Source: an uncultured Candidatus Saccharibacteria bacterium (GTDB lineage: Bacteria > Patescibacteriota > Saccharimonadia > Saccharimonadales > EFPC-124). From it: DNA of 50,843 nt. Under the pieces are notes generated by a model. The model worked only from the letters and a program-made list of their open reading frames with translations, searched no databases and was not told where the DNA came from. Where the stretch lies: contig CAYOML010000005.1 of NCBI GenBank assembly GCA_964405095.1, positions 1-50,843 of the forward strand. The letters are read 5' to 3'. Both the position numbers and the translations under genes were made by a program. Positions within the stretch are counted from its first letter, which is position 1; the number at the start of each line of letters is the position of its first letter. Below, piece after piece: positions 49,939 to 50,843 of the stretch.

Positions 49939-50465
49939 GGCTGCCCACCAAGATTGCGGATCATATTCTGGTAGCGTTCTTTGTCAGCCTCACCAGTTGG
50001 TTTATCGGCTGGGATGAGTTGAATAGCCTTCTTGTAGGAGTTAATTGCTAACTCTTTGTTGACGACTTTTTCGGCGACCCTGCCAATCGACTCTTCGATG
50101 CCCTGTGTATCTTTGATGGCAGCGGCGGCCTGATAGGACTTCAGCGCAGCTTGGTTATCGCCCTTGTTTTCGGATACAGTACCCTGCATATATAACAGAT
50201 TGAACCGCTCTTGATCAGTCAGGTCGGAGCGCTGCAACTCGTTAGAGAGCGTTTGTTGAGCTGCGTCATAATTACCATTGGCGGTCAGGGTTTGGGCACT
50301 ATCGAGCTTCTTAGCGAAACTTTCGGCCTGGTTCTCGGCGGCTTGTTGTTGTAAGAGCTTTATTAACAAACCTGCTCCCAGCGCTAATACGGCAACACCG
50401 GCGATGCTACCTACCCACACCAAAATCTTCTTGCGTTTGCTATCTTTTTTAGGTGTATCAGCCAT
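49935..50465 (-). CDS. Membrane-anchored TPR protein
   Basis: TM followed by TPR-like helices (G..AALKSYQAA, AINSYKKAI). Confidence 0.8.
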   Translation of the reverse strand: MADTPKKDSKRKKILVWVGSIAGVAVLALGAGLLIKLLQQQAAENQAESFAKKLDSAQTLTANGNYDAAQQTLSNELQRSDLTDQERFNLLYMQGTVSENKGDNQAALKSYQAAAAIKDTQGIEESIGRVAEKVVNKELAINSYKKAIQLIPADKPTGEADKERYQNMIRNLGGQP

Positions 50466-50553
50466 AATACTTACGCTTTATAGTTTACTATACGCTACCC
50501 TCGCCGGCAAAACCAAAACTAATAAATTTAGAGCTGTCTGTATAATCAGATCT

Positions 50554-50843
50554 ATGCGCCGGCTAAGTCCAAATATGCGCAAGTTGTATATAGCCAATTT
50601 TTTAACTGGCCTGGTTTTTTGGTATGGGATCGAAAAATTATTTCTGCAATCAATCGGTATAGGTGCAGCCGACATTGGTTGGATGCTAGCCGCTTACACA
50701 TTGCTGGCGTTAATATTGGACGTGCCCGCGGGTATTCTGGCCGATAGGTGGAGTCGCAAAGGTACACTTATACTGGCGATTGTCTTCTTAGCTGTGTCGG
50801 CGGTAGTACTGGGCGCCAGCACGAATACCTCGCAGTACGTTAT
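50554..50843 (+). CDS. MFS transporter, 5' part (truncated by window end; absent from ORF track)
   Basis: MRRLSPNMRKLYIANFLTGLVFWYGIEKLF...DVPAGILADRWSRK (MFS motif A); TATAAT 7 nt before ATG. Confidence 0.88.
   Translation, partial: MRRLSPNMRKLYIANFLTGLVFWYGIEKLFLQSIGIGAADIGWMLAAYTLLALILDVPAGILADRWSRKGTLILAIVFLAVSAVVLGASTNTSQYV

Overview
Chromosomal segment of a Saccharibacteria (TM7, Patescibacteria/CPR) bacterium. The assignment rests on 16S signatures (GCCGCGGTCATACGTAGGACCC) and gene content. The standard genetic code is used and most genes lie on the minus strand. Protein genes: gyrA/gyrB, an LPxTG-like surface protein, a VirD4/TraG-like ATPase, comM, infC-rpmI-rplT, a NUDIX-RNase H fusion, miaA, thrS, nrdR, a processive GT2, a small accessory cluster, ndk, uppP, xerC/D, and a monoderm-type type IV pilus locus (pilMNO, pilB, pilT, pilC, pilA, pilD, four minor pilins, candidate adhesin). 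RNA genes: the 5' part of 16S rRNA, tmRNA, RNase P RNA, a probable 6S RNA and six tRNAs. The most interesting unexplained signals are non-coding. (1) A ~1.5-kb region without a credible ORF (12615-14100) holds three apparently structured RNAs plus a promoter/CIRCE-like/terminator mini-unit. (2) A GCTT(A/G)TGCT motif is shared by pilus/surface-gene promoters and one of those RNAs. (3) A Thr-rich leader-peptide attenuator precedes thrS. (4) A duplicated tRNA-Arg(CCU) fragment carries an intron-like insert in the anticodon loop. All RNA structures were identified by eye and need computational confirmation.
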